From positions 75,841 to 139,840 of the forward strand of contig JALHMH010000007.1 in assembly GCA_022844165.1 (NCBI GenBank): DNA of 64,000 nt, read 5' to 3'. The notes below the pieces were generated by a model that saw only the letters and a list, made by a program, of their open reading frames with translations, made no database searches and had not been told where the DNA came from. Positions 10,036 through 20,063 of the stretch are shown here, in pieces; positions within the stretch are counted from its first letter, which is position 1, and each line of letters begins with the position of its first letter. The stretch is from Lysobacterales bacterium (lineage in GTDB: Bacteria; Pseudomonadota; Gammaproteobacteria; Xanthomonadales; SZUA-5). The translations under genes and the position numbers were made by a program.

Positions 10036-12102
10036 ATGAGCCGCACTAAAGTGGGTCACTACGACATCGTCGCCGAACTCGGTCGCGGCGGTATGGGGGT
10101 GGTCTTCAAGGGTTACGAGGCTTCGCTCAATCGGCATGTGGCGATCAAGATGCTGAGCGAGTCGCTGGCCGGCGATACGCAGGTCGTTGAGCGCTTCTTT
10201 CGCGAAGCGCGAAGTATGGCGCAGCTCAACGATCCCCACATCGTACAAATTTACTTTGTCGGCGAGGACCAGGGCCAGCCGTACTTTGCGATGGAATTCG
10301 TCGAAGGCGAATCACTGAGCCAACGACTCAAACGCGATGTTTCGCTTCAGCCGATGGAGGCAGCGCGAATCTTGCTCCAGGTCGCGCAGGGCTTGTCCAC
10401 AGCGCACGATCGTGGCGTCATCCATCGCGACATCAAACCCGCCAACCTGCTGATCACGCAGCGCGGCGTGGTAAAAGTGGCTGACTTCGGTATCGCGCTG
10501 GCTTCTCAGGATTACAACAAGAAGCTCACTGGCACTGGCCAGTTTGTCGGTACACCCGGCTATCTTTCGCCTGAGGTATGTCTTGGCAAGCCGGTTGATC
10601 AACGATCCGATATCTTCGCGCTCGGCATTGTGTTCTTCGAGATGCTGACCGGCCGTACGCCCTTCAAGGACGAGTCGCCGCTCGGCATGATGCTGGAGGT
10701 TGTGCAGGCAGAAATTCCGGATGTACGCGAAATCAATCAATCGGTCGATTCGCGGCTGTCGGACATCTTGCGGCGCATGGTCGCCAAAGATCCAGCGGAT
10801 CGCTATACCAGCTGTGCTGAGCTGATCGCCGATCTTGTCGCATGCGGCGTAAACGCTGCATCCCCGGTCACACCGGCGCGACCTGCCATGGCGCCACTCG
10901 CAGGAACGGCGGTCAACGCACCCACTCCGCCCGAAATGCGCAAATTGTCTGCGGCGTCGATCGCACCACCGCCAGCCCCGCCGACGGCGGCCGCAGCAGG
11001 TTCGCGTCAAGCGCATGTTGGTGACGCTGTTGCGTCGGCGCCCGCCACAAGGCGATCGGCATTACCGTGGGCAGCGGCGCTTGCCGGGCTCGCCATCGCC
11101 GGTGGTGCCGGTGCCTATTACACGAACGCGTTTTCGCTTCGCGATCGCATTGACGGTATCACCGCCGCCGAGCCGGCCGCCGTTGTCGCGCCGACGACCG
11201 ATGCCGCGCCCAGCGCAAAAGTCGCGGCGACGGCGGTTGCGACGACTTCATCGGCTGAGCCTGTGCCCGCAGCGGCGCCAGACGCGCCAGCGCCAACGTC
11301 GGCCGAGAGTGCCGTTGCGCCGACGTCTGCGGAACCCATGGCCGGCGCTATGGACACGACGCATGTCAAAACCGCCACGATGGTCTCGCCACCTGAGCGA
11401 ACATCGGCTGCGGCTACGCCTGCCGCATCGCAGCCGCCGCCAGCAGCGGTGGCGACACGATTGGCCGAAGCCCCGGAACCGCCGCAACCAGCGGAAGTGC
11501 CCGTTGCAGAAACCAGGGATGAGAAAGCCTTTCCGCGGCTGGCGGCACGACAAGGCGAGCGACTTGCGCGTCGCGCAGAGCTGGCCGACAAGACCGCCGT
11601 GCGAATTGCGCGGTCCACGCCTGCGGAAACGCCGACACAATCGCCTGCTGCGTCTTATGCGGGTCCGCCGCGCGTCCTGGTCTTGTCATTCGGCGATCCT
11701 GCCGTTGCCGGAGCGGCGGAGCTCAGCATTGAGGAGCGGATTGGCGAGACCCAGGTCGTGCTGGTCGATGAAGATCTCGCGGGTTTGTCGGGCATTGAAG
11801 ATGGCTCACTCGACGTTGCCCGGTTGGTCAACGCTGCCTCGCGCGTCGCGGATTTTGTCGTGGTCGTCAAAGCAACGCCACTCGGATCGCAGCCGCTCAC
11901 GTTCTATGGCGAGGTGATGACGCAGTACACGGCGCGGATCGAACTGTCGACTTACAATGTGCGCAATCGCAGCAAGCTCGGTGGCCATCAGGCACAAGTC
12001 AGCTTCACCCATTTGAACGCCGATCCGCAAACGCGCGAAGCCGTTGCGCCTTATCTGGGACGCATTGCAGAGGTTATCGCTGGTCGCCGCGCCCGCAGTT
12101 AG
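10036..12102 (+). CDS. Membrane Ser/Thr kinase with Ala/Pro-rich extracytoplasmic linker and small C-terminal domain
   Basis: LGRGGMGVV, HRDIKPAN, DFG, GTPGYLSPE; TM ALPWAAALAGLAIAGGAGAYY. Confidence 0.9.
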   Translation: MSRTKVGHYDIVAELGRGGMGVVFKGYEASLNRHVAIKMLSESLAGDTQVVERFFREARSMAQLNDPHIVQIYFVGEDQGQPYFAMEFVEGESLSQRLKRDVSLQPMEAARILLQVAQGLSTAHDRGVIHRDIKPANLLITQRGVVKVADFGIALASQDYNKKLTGTGQFVGTPGYLSPEVCLGKPVDQRSDIFALGIVFFEMLTGRTPFKDESPLGMMLEVVQAEIPDVREINQSVDSRLSDILRRMVAKDPADRYTSCAELIADLVACGVNAASPVTPARPAMAPLAGTAVNAPTPPEMRKLSAASIAPPPAPPTAAAAGSRQAHVGDAVASAPATRRSALPWAAALAGLAIAGGAGAYYTNAFSLRDRIDGITAAEPAAVVAPTTDAAPSAKVAATAVATTSSAEPVPAAAPDAPAPTSAESAVAPTSAEPMAGAMDTTHVKTATMVSPPERTSAAATPAASQPPPAAVATRLAEAPEPPQPAEVPVAETRDEKAFPRLAARQGERLARRAELADKTAVRIARSTPAETPTQSPAASYAGPPRVLVLSFGDPAVAGAAELSIEERIGETQVVLVDEDLAGLSGIEDGSLDVARLVNAASRVADFVVVVKATPLGSQPLTFYGEVMTQYTARIELSTYNVRNRSKLGGHQAQVSFTHLNADPQTREAVAPYLGRIAEVIAGRRARS

Positions 12103-12108
12103 CCGCGC

Positions 12109-12747
12109 TCAGAACCTGTAAGCCACTGCGCGCATAAGGTCTGCCGCCCACTGCATCAGGCGCGGCAGAGGTTGCGGCAACGACATTGCGCCGTGCTCGA
12201 CCGCATTCTCGCGGTGGCGAGCCTCATCGCATTGCATGGTCTCGAGAACCGCGCGGGTGGCCTGATCGTTGTCTGGCAGCCGCCTCAGGTGTTCGCCCAG
12301 GTGGCTCTCCACCTGGCGCTCGGTCTCGACGACGAAGCCAAGACTCAACCGATCACCAAGAGTGCCCGCCAGCGCGCCAATCGCGAATGCCCCGCCGTAC
12401 CAAAGGGGGCTCGCGATGCTGGCACGAGCACCCAGCTCAGTGAGTCGCATCTCACACCATGCGAGGTGGTCGGCCTCCTCAGCGGCTGCGCTCAACAGAT
12501 GCTTGCGCAAATCCGGATCGCGGGCGACGCTCGCCTGACCAAAATACAGTCCTTGCGCGGCGACCTCGCCAGCATGATTGATGCGCATCAGGCCGGCAAC
12601 ATGCCGGCGCTCCTCGTCGCTGAGCGCGGCCTGTTCGTGGTTCGAAGCGGGCGAGGCGCGCCCAGGAGAGTCTGCTGGGGCGTGCGTAATGCGTAACGCG
12701 CGATCGGCTTCAGCCAACAACCGGTCGGTCAGCGAAAACTGGCGCAT
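12109..12747 (-). CDS. coq7: Demethoxyubiquinone hydroxylase (di-iron Coq7)
   Basis: MRINHAGEVAAQGLY, EEADHL, ETERQVESHL, DEARH di-iron motifs; start MRQFSL. Confidence 0.93.
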   Translation of the reverse strand: MRQFSLTDRLLAEADRALRITHAPADSPGRASPASNHEQAALSDEERRHVAGLMRINHAGEVAAQGLYFGQASVARDPDLRKHLLSAAAEEADHLAWCEMRLTELGARASIASPLWYGGAFAIGALAGTLGDRLSLGFVVETERQVESHLGEHLRRLPDNDQATRAVLETMQCDEARHRENAVEHGAMSLPQPLPRLMQWAADLMRAVAYRF

Positions 12748-13808
12748 CAGTGCATTGCCTCCAAAAAAAGTTCCGCTGGATGGCGGACTGCAACATCGAG
12801 TTTTGCCGCAAGAAGACGTTCGCGCAAGTGCTGTGCGCAACCGACGTTCGTCGTCACCAGAGTGCTGACAGCCAATTGCCTCAGCTCATCGATGATCGGC
12901 GCCGCGAGTCGATCGGCCAACGCCGTATGGGATAACACATTCGGCCCGGCAGCGCCGCAACAGCCAAGACCTCGCAGCGGCGAAATCGTCATACCCATGG
13001 CCCCCAGCAGCGTCGGCGCCGCACTTGCCGCATGCGAGCACGGCGTCCACAACGCGACGTGCAACGGTACTGCATGAATTCGTAATCGCCAACGCGCTGT
13101 GTCTTTCATCATCCATGCGCACCATTCATCGACCTGATGCCCGGCGCTGCGCAAGCTCTGGATGCAGCCACTGTCCAGGGCGATCAGGCGTTGCGGCTGG
13201 GTCTGCGCAGGTGGATCAAAACCCAGGTGACGATCAAGCGCACCGCAGCATGGCAAGAGCGCAGCTGTGATCGGCGCGCCGAGGCGCTCTGCGATGCTAA
13301 GTACTGCGCGCTGCGCCGACGCCTCCAGCGTGCGCGCAAGGCAGCCAACATAAAGTTGCGTCTTCTCGGGCCCGCCGGGCACCACCGGCACCGGCGGTCC
13401 AACACGCTCCAGCCATCGCCCTTCGCGCGCCGGCACACAACCGCGCACACTCGCGGCAGCTTGAAGCGCGCGCGACAGGCCACCCGGCGCCCGCACCATT
13501 CGGCGCAACAAGCGAAGCCGCCAGGGCAAGCGGGATCTGGGCAAGCGCCGCGCCGTTCGTTCAATGATCTCGCCGTACTCGACGCCGGCCGGACAGACCG
13601 TCTCGCAGCGGCGGCACTGCAGGCAGCTGTCGAGCGACTCGATCGTGCTGTCATCGACCGGTACGCCGATTTCGATCCGCTTCGCCAACGCGATTCGTCC
13701 ACGCGGCGACTGCGTTTCCAGTCCGGAGACTGCAAACGTCGGACAATGCGGCAAACACAAACCACACATGACACAGCGGTCGGCGAGCGCTGCAAGACTT
13801 TCGCTCAT
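12747..13808 (-). CDS. GlcF/HdrD-like Fe-S protein (2x 4Fe-4S plus CCG domains)
   Basis: CVMCGLCLPHCPT, SPRGRI, CLQCRRCETVCP, CCGA twice; stop overlaps the coq7 start. Confidence 0.85.
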   Translation of the reverse strand: MSESLAALADRCVMCGLCLPHCPTFAVSGLETQSPRGRIALAKRIEIGVPVDDSTIESLDSCLQCRRCETVCPAGVEYGEIIERTARRLPRSRLPWRLRLLRRMVRAPGGLSRALQAAASVRGCVPAREGRWLERVGPPVPVVPGGPEKTQLYVGCLARTLEASAQRAVLSIAERLGAPITAALLPCCGALDRHLGFDPPAQTQPQRLIALDSGCIQSLRSAGHQVDEWCAWMMKDTARWRLRIHAVPLHVALWTPCSHAASAAPTLLGAMGMTISPLRGLGCCGAAGPNVLSHTALADRLAAPIIDELRQLAVSTLVTTNVGCAQHLRERLLAAKLDVAVRHPAELFLEAMH

Positions 13809-14020
13809 CCTGATCGCCGCTCGCCTTGCCGGCTCCATGCACCTCCGGAATGGCCTTTCAAAGCCAAAATGAATTCAACGCGACAGAACCGCAGTGTCTC
13901 ATTGTCGACCGCTGGTTGCCGCTCATCTTGGAAGCCGAACGCGCTGGATCTCTCAGGCGCCCACTGCAAGTGCTTGCCGCCGCTGACATCCCACGGCAGT
14001 CGATTGAACAACAATGGCAT
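13805..14020 (-). CDS. Possible 71-aa hypothetical protein
   Basis: ATG start; its TGA overlaps the ATG of the Fe-S gene (ATGA); no family recognised. Confidence 0.3.
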   Translation of the reverse strand: MPLLFNRLPWDVSGGKHLQWAPERSSAFGFQDERQPAVDNETLRFCRVEFILALKGHSGGAWSRQGERRSG

Positions 14021-14183
14021 GTGCGAGCACAGGATTGAGCGGGAACGGTAGTCTACGGGTCAGAACGGCAAGCGTTTTGTGAACCGCAACTGCCGGCTTG
14101 CAGCAATTTAGACTTGCAGACTAGCCTTCAGACCCTCTACACTCTCCGGCTCTTTGAAAGTCTAGGTCCATGGAGTGGTCCAC

Positions 14184-14612
14184 ATGAAAACGGTCAGCGC
14201 TAAGCCGGAAACCGTAAAACGCGATTGGTTCCTGGTCGATGCCTCGGGCAAGACGCTCGGCCGCCTGTGCACGGAACTCGCGCGTCGTTTGCGCGGAAAG
14301 CACAAAGCGATCTACACGCCGCACATCGATACGGGCGATTTCCTCGTCGTCGTGAATGCCGAAAAAATTGCCGTCACCGGCAACAAGCTCAACGACAAGC
14401 TCTATCACCGCACCACAGGTTACATTGGTAATCTGAAGACGGTCTCGTTGAAGAACATGTTGGCTGACCATCCCGAACGTGCGATCGAAATCGCCGTCAA
14501 GGGCATGTTGCCGAAGGGCCCGCTGGGCCGCGATATGTATCGTAAGCTCAGAGTTTACAAAGGCTCCGAGCATCCGCACGCCGCGCAGCAGCCGGCCGTA
14601 CTCGACATCTGA
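14184..14612 (+). CDS. rplM: 50S ribosomal protein L13
   Basis: [41 protein letters not shown]. Confidence 0.98.
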   Translation: MKTVSAKPETVKRDWFLVDASGKTLGRLCTELARRLRGKHKAIYTPHIDTGDFLVVVNAEKIAVTGNKLNDKLYHRTTGYIGNLKTVSLKNMLADHPERAIEIAVKGMLPKGPLGRDMYRKLRVYKGSEHPHAAQQPAVLDI

Positions 14613-14626
14613 TTTAGGACGCACCC

Positions 14627-15019
14627 ATGGCTTCGACGCAACATTACGGCACCGGCCGCCGCAAATCTTCCGCCGCGCGCGTGTTTCTGCGCCCAGGCAA
14701 AGGCCAGATCACAGTGAACGAGAAGTCGCTTGACCAGTTTTTTGGTCGTGAGACGGCACGAATGGTGGTGCGTCAGCCCCTGGAGCTGACCAATCTCGCC
14801 GAGCGATTCGACATCCTGGTGACCGTTGCTGGCGGCGGCATGACCGGTCAGGCTGGCGCCATTCGCTTAGGCATCTCCCGGGCGCTCGTCGAATACGATG
14901 AGAATCTGAAAAGCGATCTGCGCAAAGCTGGCTTCCTGACGCGTGACGCCCGCGAAGTTGAGCGCAAGAAAGTCGGTTTGCACAAAGCCCGTCGCGCGAC
15001 CCAATACAGCAAGCGCTAA
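14627..15019 (+). CDS. rpsI: 30S ribosomal protein S9
   Basis: [40 protein letters not shown]. Confidence 0.98.
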   Translation: MASTQHYGTGRRKSSAARVFLRPGKGQITVNEKSLDQFFGRETARMVVRQPLELTNLAERFDILVTVAGGGMTGQAGAIRLGISRALVEYDENLKSDLRKAGFLTRDAREVERKKVGLHKARRATQYSKR

Positions 15020-15070
15020 TCGCACTTGCCCGATCCACCCGTGTCGCCCGCGGGTGCATCGCAGCGACAT

Positions 15071-15144
15071 TGGGGGATCGTTCAACGGTAGGACAACGGA
15101 CTCTGACTCCGTTTATCTAGGTTCGAATCCTAGTCCCCCAGCCA
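15071..15144 (+). tRNA. tRNA-Gln (anticodon CTG)
   Basis: Acceptor TGGGGGA/TCCCCCA+GCCA; anticodon arm ACGGA-CTCTGAC-TCCGT; T-arm CTAGG-TTCGAAT-CCTAG; 74 nt. Confidence 0.96.
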
Positions 15145-15768
15145 AAAACATGGCCGCCGCAAGGCGGCCATCTTTTTTGGCTGGGGGACTGGGTGAGAAC
15201 CTATGAGGTTCGACTCGGAGCGCAGGATGCGCGGAGAGCGCGAGCGAAGCGAGGCCAAAGGCCGCGGGCCATGGATGGCCCGCGCAATCCTGGTCCGCCA
15301 GCCAAAAACATGGCCGCCGCAAGGCGGCCATCTTTTTTGGCTGGGGGACTGGGTGAGAACCTATCAGGTTCGACTCGGAGTGCGGGATGCGCGGAGAGCG
15401 CGAGCGAAGGCGAGGCCAAAGGCCGCGGGCCATGGATGGCCCGCGCAATCCTAGTCCCCCAGCCAAAAACATGGCCGCCGCAAGGCGGCCATCTTTTTTG
15501 GCTGGGGGACTGGGTGAGAACCTATCAGGTTCGACTCGGAGCGCAGGATGCGCGGAGAGCGCGAGCGAAGGCGAGGCCAAAGGCCGCGGGCCATGGATGG
15601 CCCGCGCAATCCTGGTCCCCCGGCCAAAACATGCCGCCGCAAGGCGGCCATGGATGGCCCGCGCAATCCTGGTCCCCCAGCCAAAAACATGGCCGCCGCA
15701 AGGCGGCCATCGACGGCACAGCGCGCGCCCTGATGCGCTGCCTCGCCCCAGCCAAAAACATGGCCGCA
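15126..15768 (+). repeat. tRNA-Gln-linked tandem array: 3 full 160-161-bp units and 3 truncated units
   Basis: AATCCT(A/G)GTCCCCCAGCCA (1-2 mismatches) starts at 15126, 15286, 15447, 15608, 15665; partial copy ~15746. Full units also contain the inverted tRNA end TGGCTGGGGGACTGGG. Confidence 0.93.
15150..15178 (+). terminator. Intrinsic terminator after tRNA-Gln, repeated in each full array unit
   Basis: ATGGCCGCC-GCAA-GGCGGCCAT then CTTTTTT. Confidence 0.75.
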
Positions 15769-15773
15769 ACTGA

Positions 15774-18700
15774 TCAGGGTTCCGTTCGTCGCCGCGGATC
15801 CAGGCCCTCTGCATCGATCACGCGATTCTCGCGAAGCAGGTCGTAGATCAGATCGGTGAGTGCGGCCATGGCCTGTCTATCGGATTTGAGCATTAGTGTC
15901 GCCAGCTTTTGGTGTGATGTCAGCGCGCGCACCACGCCCTGTTGCACGGCGCCGGGCAGGTTGCCCCTGAGCGCCTGGTCTCGTGAGTTGTTCTCCACTT
16001 GAGCGACCACCACATCGTTCTCCTTGGCGATCGCCGCGATGTGGTTGACGAACATCGCCTGATCTCGTAACGGCGTAGCCTCTCCGAATAGCCGGTTAAG
16101 GCGGTTGATGATCTCCATCAGGTAGTCAGGCTGGTCATCCCGTACCTCGCCCCCTGGGCCGATTGGCTTCAATTTGGGTGGCTCAGTGCCGGACTTCTTG
16201 GCCGGTTCAGTCGACTTGATCTCGAAGCCCGTCAGTAAAATTCCATCCAGGTCGACATTGTCCGGCGTCACGCCCCTCAGCCGCTTGGTCAATAGGCGCG
16301 CGAAGGCAGTGAAGTTCTCCAGCTCCGGGTCACCAAAGTCGATAATCTGCGCAATGTACGCGTAACTTCGGCAGAAGCGCCCCAATCCGCTCTTGAACCC
16401 AAGCAGCGCGCTCAGCTGTTCGCTGTAAGCCTTACGTTGATGATCGGCCGACTTGGACGCCGCTTCATCCCCGCGCTGGCGGGCAGCCTCGTAGCTCGCC
16501 TCCCATTCGGCAACGGTGTCTGACAAAGCCTTGACCCGCTCGTTGAACTGGCGCGTGGTCCGCTCGGTCGCCGCGTACAGCGCCTTGTGCCGTGCATCTT
16601 CCTTCTTGGTCACGTCGCCGACGGTCTGAAAGCGCGCCTGCTTGAACCGTTCCAGATCCACTGACGCATAAAGGTCGTGCGCGTCAAGTTGTTCCTTGAT
16701 CTGGTAGACCACGTTCGGATCCTGCACATCCTCGATTGCGGCACCGTCATCGTATTTCGCGAACGCGCGGCGAACGCTGACCGGATCGTTGATGAAGTCC
16801 ACTACGAAGGTGTCGTCTTTGCCCGGCGCCGTGCGGTTCAGGCGCGACAGGGTCTGCACAATCTCGACGTCGTTGGCGATCTTTTTGTCCAGGTACATGG
16901 CGACCAGCTTGGGCTGATCGAAGCCGGTCTGAAACTTGTCGGCGACCAGCATCACCCGGTACTCCGGTCGCTCGAAGGTGGCCGCCAGGTCATGACTGTC
17001 GGCACCCGGATTCATGCTGGCCTCGGTGAACTCTGCCTTGTCGTCAACCACGAAGGTGTCGCCAGCGATGCGCTGATCGGCGGCGTGCGTGATCTGCTTG
17101 CCGGTCAGCTTGCCGGAAAAGGCCACCAGTGAGCGGATGCCGGCGTATTGCGGATGGCGCTCGATGTAGCGATCGAAACCGATCTTGTAGCGCACCGCGG
17201 CCGCGCGTGAACTGGTTATCACCATCGCCTTGGCCTTGCCGTCCAGGCGATTGCTGACGTTGCGGCTGAAGTGCTCGATGATGAATTGCACCTTCTGGGT
17301 GACATTGGTCGGGTGCAAGCTCATCCACTGCGCCAGCGCCCGCTTGGCTTGTCGTCCGCTGACGCGCTTGGCGTCCTCGACCTGCTTCGCCAGATTGAAA
17401 GCCGTCTGGTACGGCGTGTAGCCGCGCAGCACGTCCAGGATGAAACCCTCATCGATCGCCTGCCGCATCGGGTACTTGTGGAAAGCAACCGGTGGGTGTT
17501 CCTTGCTGCGTTTGTGGCCGTCCACAGGGCGCCCGAACAGCATGTACGTCGAGTGCTTGGGCGTCGCGGTGAAGGCAAAGTGGCTTAGATTCTTCGGTCG
17601 TAGTCGCGATTGCTGCAGCTTTTCCAGCAGTTCCTCGATGGTCAGTCCGGCGATTCCCCCTTCGCCGCCCAACGCCAGCGCGGCTTGCAGCTTGGTGGCG
17701 CTGGTGCCCGTCTGCGAAGCATGCGCTTCGTCGATGATCACCGCGAAATTGCGGTTCTTCAGGCCGTGCTCGGTGACGATGGCCTCCATCGCATACGGGA
17801 AGGTCTGGATGGTGACCACGATGATCGGCGTGCCCGCCAGCAAAGCCTCAGCCAGTTGCTTGCTCTTGGATTGAGAGGACTTCTGGCGGTCAATCGCCGC
17901 GATCACGCCGAAGCGGTGGTCGATCTGTTTGACTGCGTCCTGCAACTGGCCGTCGAGTACCGTGCGGTCGGTCACGATGACTACGCTGTTAAAGATGGCC
18001 TCGCCATCGTCGCGGCGCAGCTTGATCAGATCGTGCGCAGTCCAGGCGATGGTGCTGGTCTTGCCGGAGCCGGCGCTGTGTTCGCACAGGTACTGCATGC
18101 CGGGGCCGTTGGCCTTGGCATCGGCTACCATCGCGTTCACGGCCGACCATTGGTGGAATCGCGGGAAGATCAGCGTCTCGCGACGGGACCAGTTGCCTTT
18201 CAGGTCCACCACGTCCTTCTTCTCGGTGTAGACAAAGCTGTGAAAGATGCGCAGCCAGGCGTCGCGCTGGCAGATGTCTTCCCAGAAGTAGGCCACCGGG
18301 TACTCGCCATCCTCGCGCGGCGGATTGCCGGCCCGACCCTTGTGGCCACGGTTGAAGGGTAGGAACAAGGTGTTGTCGCCATCCAGCTTGGTGGTCATCC
18401 GGATATCGGAGTCCGACATCGCAAAGTGGACACGGCGCCGCGCTTGAAGGTCAGCAGGGGCTCGCGCCGACGCGTCTTGGCATCGACTGGCAGTCGGTCG
18501 GACTTATACTGGGCCATCGCCGCATCGGCGGACCGTGTGAAATCGGTCTTGAGCTCGACCGTGGCCACCGGAATGCCGTTGATGAAAAACACCAGGTCGA
18601 TGGCCAGCGTGCGCGACGGGTGGTACTGCAATTGCGGCACCACGCGCAGCCGGTTCGCCGCGTAGCTCTCTTTGACCTTGGCGTTGCGCTGGTCTTCGGG

Positions 18701-19024
18701 CACAGCCTCAGACATCTCGATATGTCCGCAACCCGCCAGCGAGAATCCGCGCCGCAGCAGGTGGATGGTGCCGTCCTTGTCCAGTGCCTGTGCCAGTCGC
18801 TCCAGCAGCGTCTCGCGCGCAAGCGCCGGGTCGCCATGGTTCGCCTTCAGCAGGCGCTGCCAGCGCTCCTTCTGACTGTCCTGCAGCCAGCCCAGCACAT
18901 CCTCGGGGTAAAGCGCGCGCTCGGTGTCGTAGTCCTGCGTGGTACCCACCAGCCAGCCCTGATCGCGCAGGCGCGCCAGCACATAGGCTTCGAAGTGCCT
19001 TTCCCGGTGATCTCGGTCATTCAT
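15774..19024 (-). pseudogene. hsdR: Type I restriction subunit R, split by a 1-nt deletion (real lesion or sequencing error)
   Basis: N-part IDLVFFINGIPVATVELK; C-part HSAGSGKT, DEAH, FTATPK, KFQTGFDQP. Adding one base at 18430/18431 restores KRGAVVHFAMSDSDIRMTT. Confidence 0.88.
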
Positions 19025-19158
19025 TGGGGTGCCTCGTTGGACCTGTCATCTGCGTGACGCGCCACAAAGAATCGCTCATACCACTCGCCAAGGCGCTTAC
19101 CGGCCTGGCGGATCAATCCCGCGAGTGCGGCGTCGTCTACGGCGCAGAAGGTGTTCAC
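19021..19158 (-). CDS. 45-aa mini-ORF coupled to both neighbours, probably an internally deleted gene
   Basis: GTG overlaps the GIY-YIG stop (GTGA) and TGA overlaps the hsdR ATG (ATGA): MNTFCAVDDAALAGLIRQAGKRLGEWYERFFVARHADDRSNEAPQ. Confidence 0.5.
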   Translation of the reverse strand: MNTFCAVDDAALAGLIRQAGKRLGEWYERFFVARHADDRSNEAPQ

Positions 19159-20063
19159 AATGCGTCTCCCGCTGCCTTCGCGAGTTGGTCAGCTTCCCAG
19201 TCCTTGTAGGTCTTCGGGGAATTCTTCAGTCGCCAGTCCAACGTCCCGTTGGCCGGGCGACCCTTCACCGCTGCGGCGGCTGCGCTCGGGCTCTTGAATG
19301 CATAGTTGGTGGTGAACACGCAGTGCGTCGTTCGTGGTTCCAGAACTCCCATGCGGAGCAGTTCGGCATGCGGTTTGGCGTAAGCGTGGTCAGCAGGCCC
19401 GGTCCACGCAAGGCGCGCTTGCGAGCCGGCCTGCACGATGAACTCGCCACCCTCAAGAATGGCCGCAGCGGCGATTCCGTACTTGCGATCGCTCAGCTCG
19501 AACTCGGGACTGCCGCTGGCCGCCGACACGTGAAGTGCTGGCGTGTTGGGTCGCTTGTTGCTGATGAAGAGATCAATCCGAAGCGCAGGAAGCACCATCA
19601 GCACGTTTTCGAGAAAGGCCTCCATGTTGGCCTGCGCAGCTTCGCTTAAGCCAGGGCGCGCAGGCGTGTTGCCGTTCTCCAGCGGCACGCGCCCCACGGC
19701 GCGCGCCTCCTCGACCAGACGTGCTTCCAGGTAGCGCACATGCGCCTTGTTGAGGACGTTCGCGGCCGAAGTGACCAGTACCGCGGCAGTCCACCAGTCC
19801 TTCTGCCCGTCGTGGTTGCGCATGCGGGCACTGATGTCCTCGGCCTCGCCGATGTAGGCGAGAGGAAGACCGTCGCGCTCACCGATCAGCAGATAGACGC
19901 CGGTGTAGCGCGCCTCCTTCCGAGCCAGCGCGTCGCTGATCTGCGTGCGCGGCACCATGAGCAGGTGACCGGTCCAATTGAAGACCTCGGCGGTCAGCAT
20001 GCCATCCGGGCGACCGTCGATGAAATACAGCTCCAGCGAGCGACCTTTGGTCTGATGGCTCAT
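19155..20063 (-). CDS. GIY-YIG nuclease-family protein with C-terminal DUF4357-like domain
   Basis: TGVYLLIG..AYIGE..R..H..KDWW, LNKAHVRYLE, C-terminal FKSPSAAAAAVKGRPANGTLDW. Confidence 0.85.
   Translation of the reverse strand: MSHQTKGRSLELYFIDGRPDGMLTAEVFNWTGHLLMVPRTQISDALARKEARYTGVYLLIGERDGLPLAYIGEAEDISARMRNHDGQKDWWTAAVLVTSAANVLNKAHVRYLEARLVEEARAVGRVPLENGNTPARPGLSEAAQANMEAFLENVLMVLPALRIDLFISNKRPNTPALHVSAASGSPEFELSDRKYGIAAAAILEGGEFIVQAGSQARLAWTGPADHAYAKPHAELLRMGVLEPRTTHCVFTTNYAFKSPSAAAAAVKGRPANGTLDWRLKNSPKTYKDWEADQLAKAAGDAL

Noticed and set aside
15126-15768. CRISPR array
   Set aside because: The intervening sequences are near-identical rather than unique spacers, the period is 160 bp, and there are no cas genes.
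15113-15846. Repetitive ORFs on both strands over the tRNA array
   Set aside because: Products of the GC-rich repeat; they overlap the tRNA and terminators.
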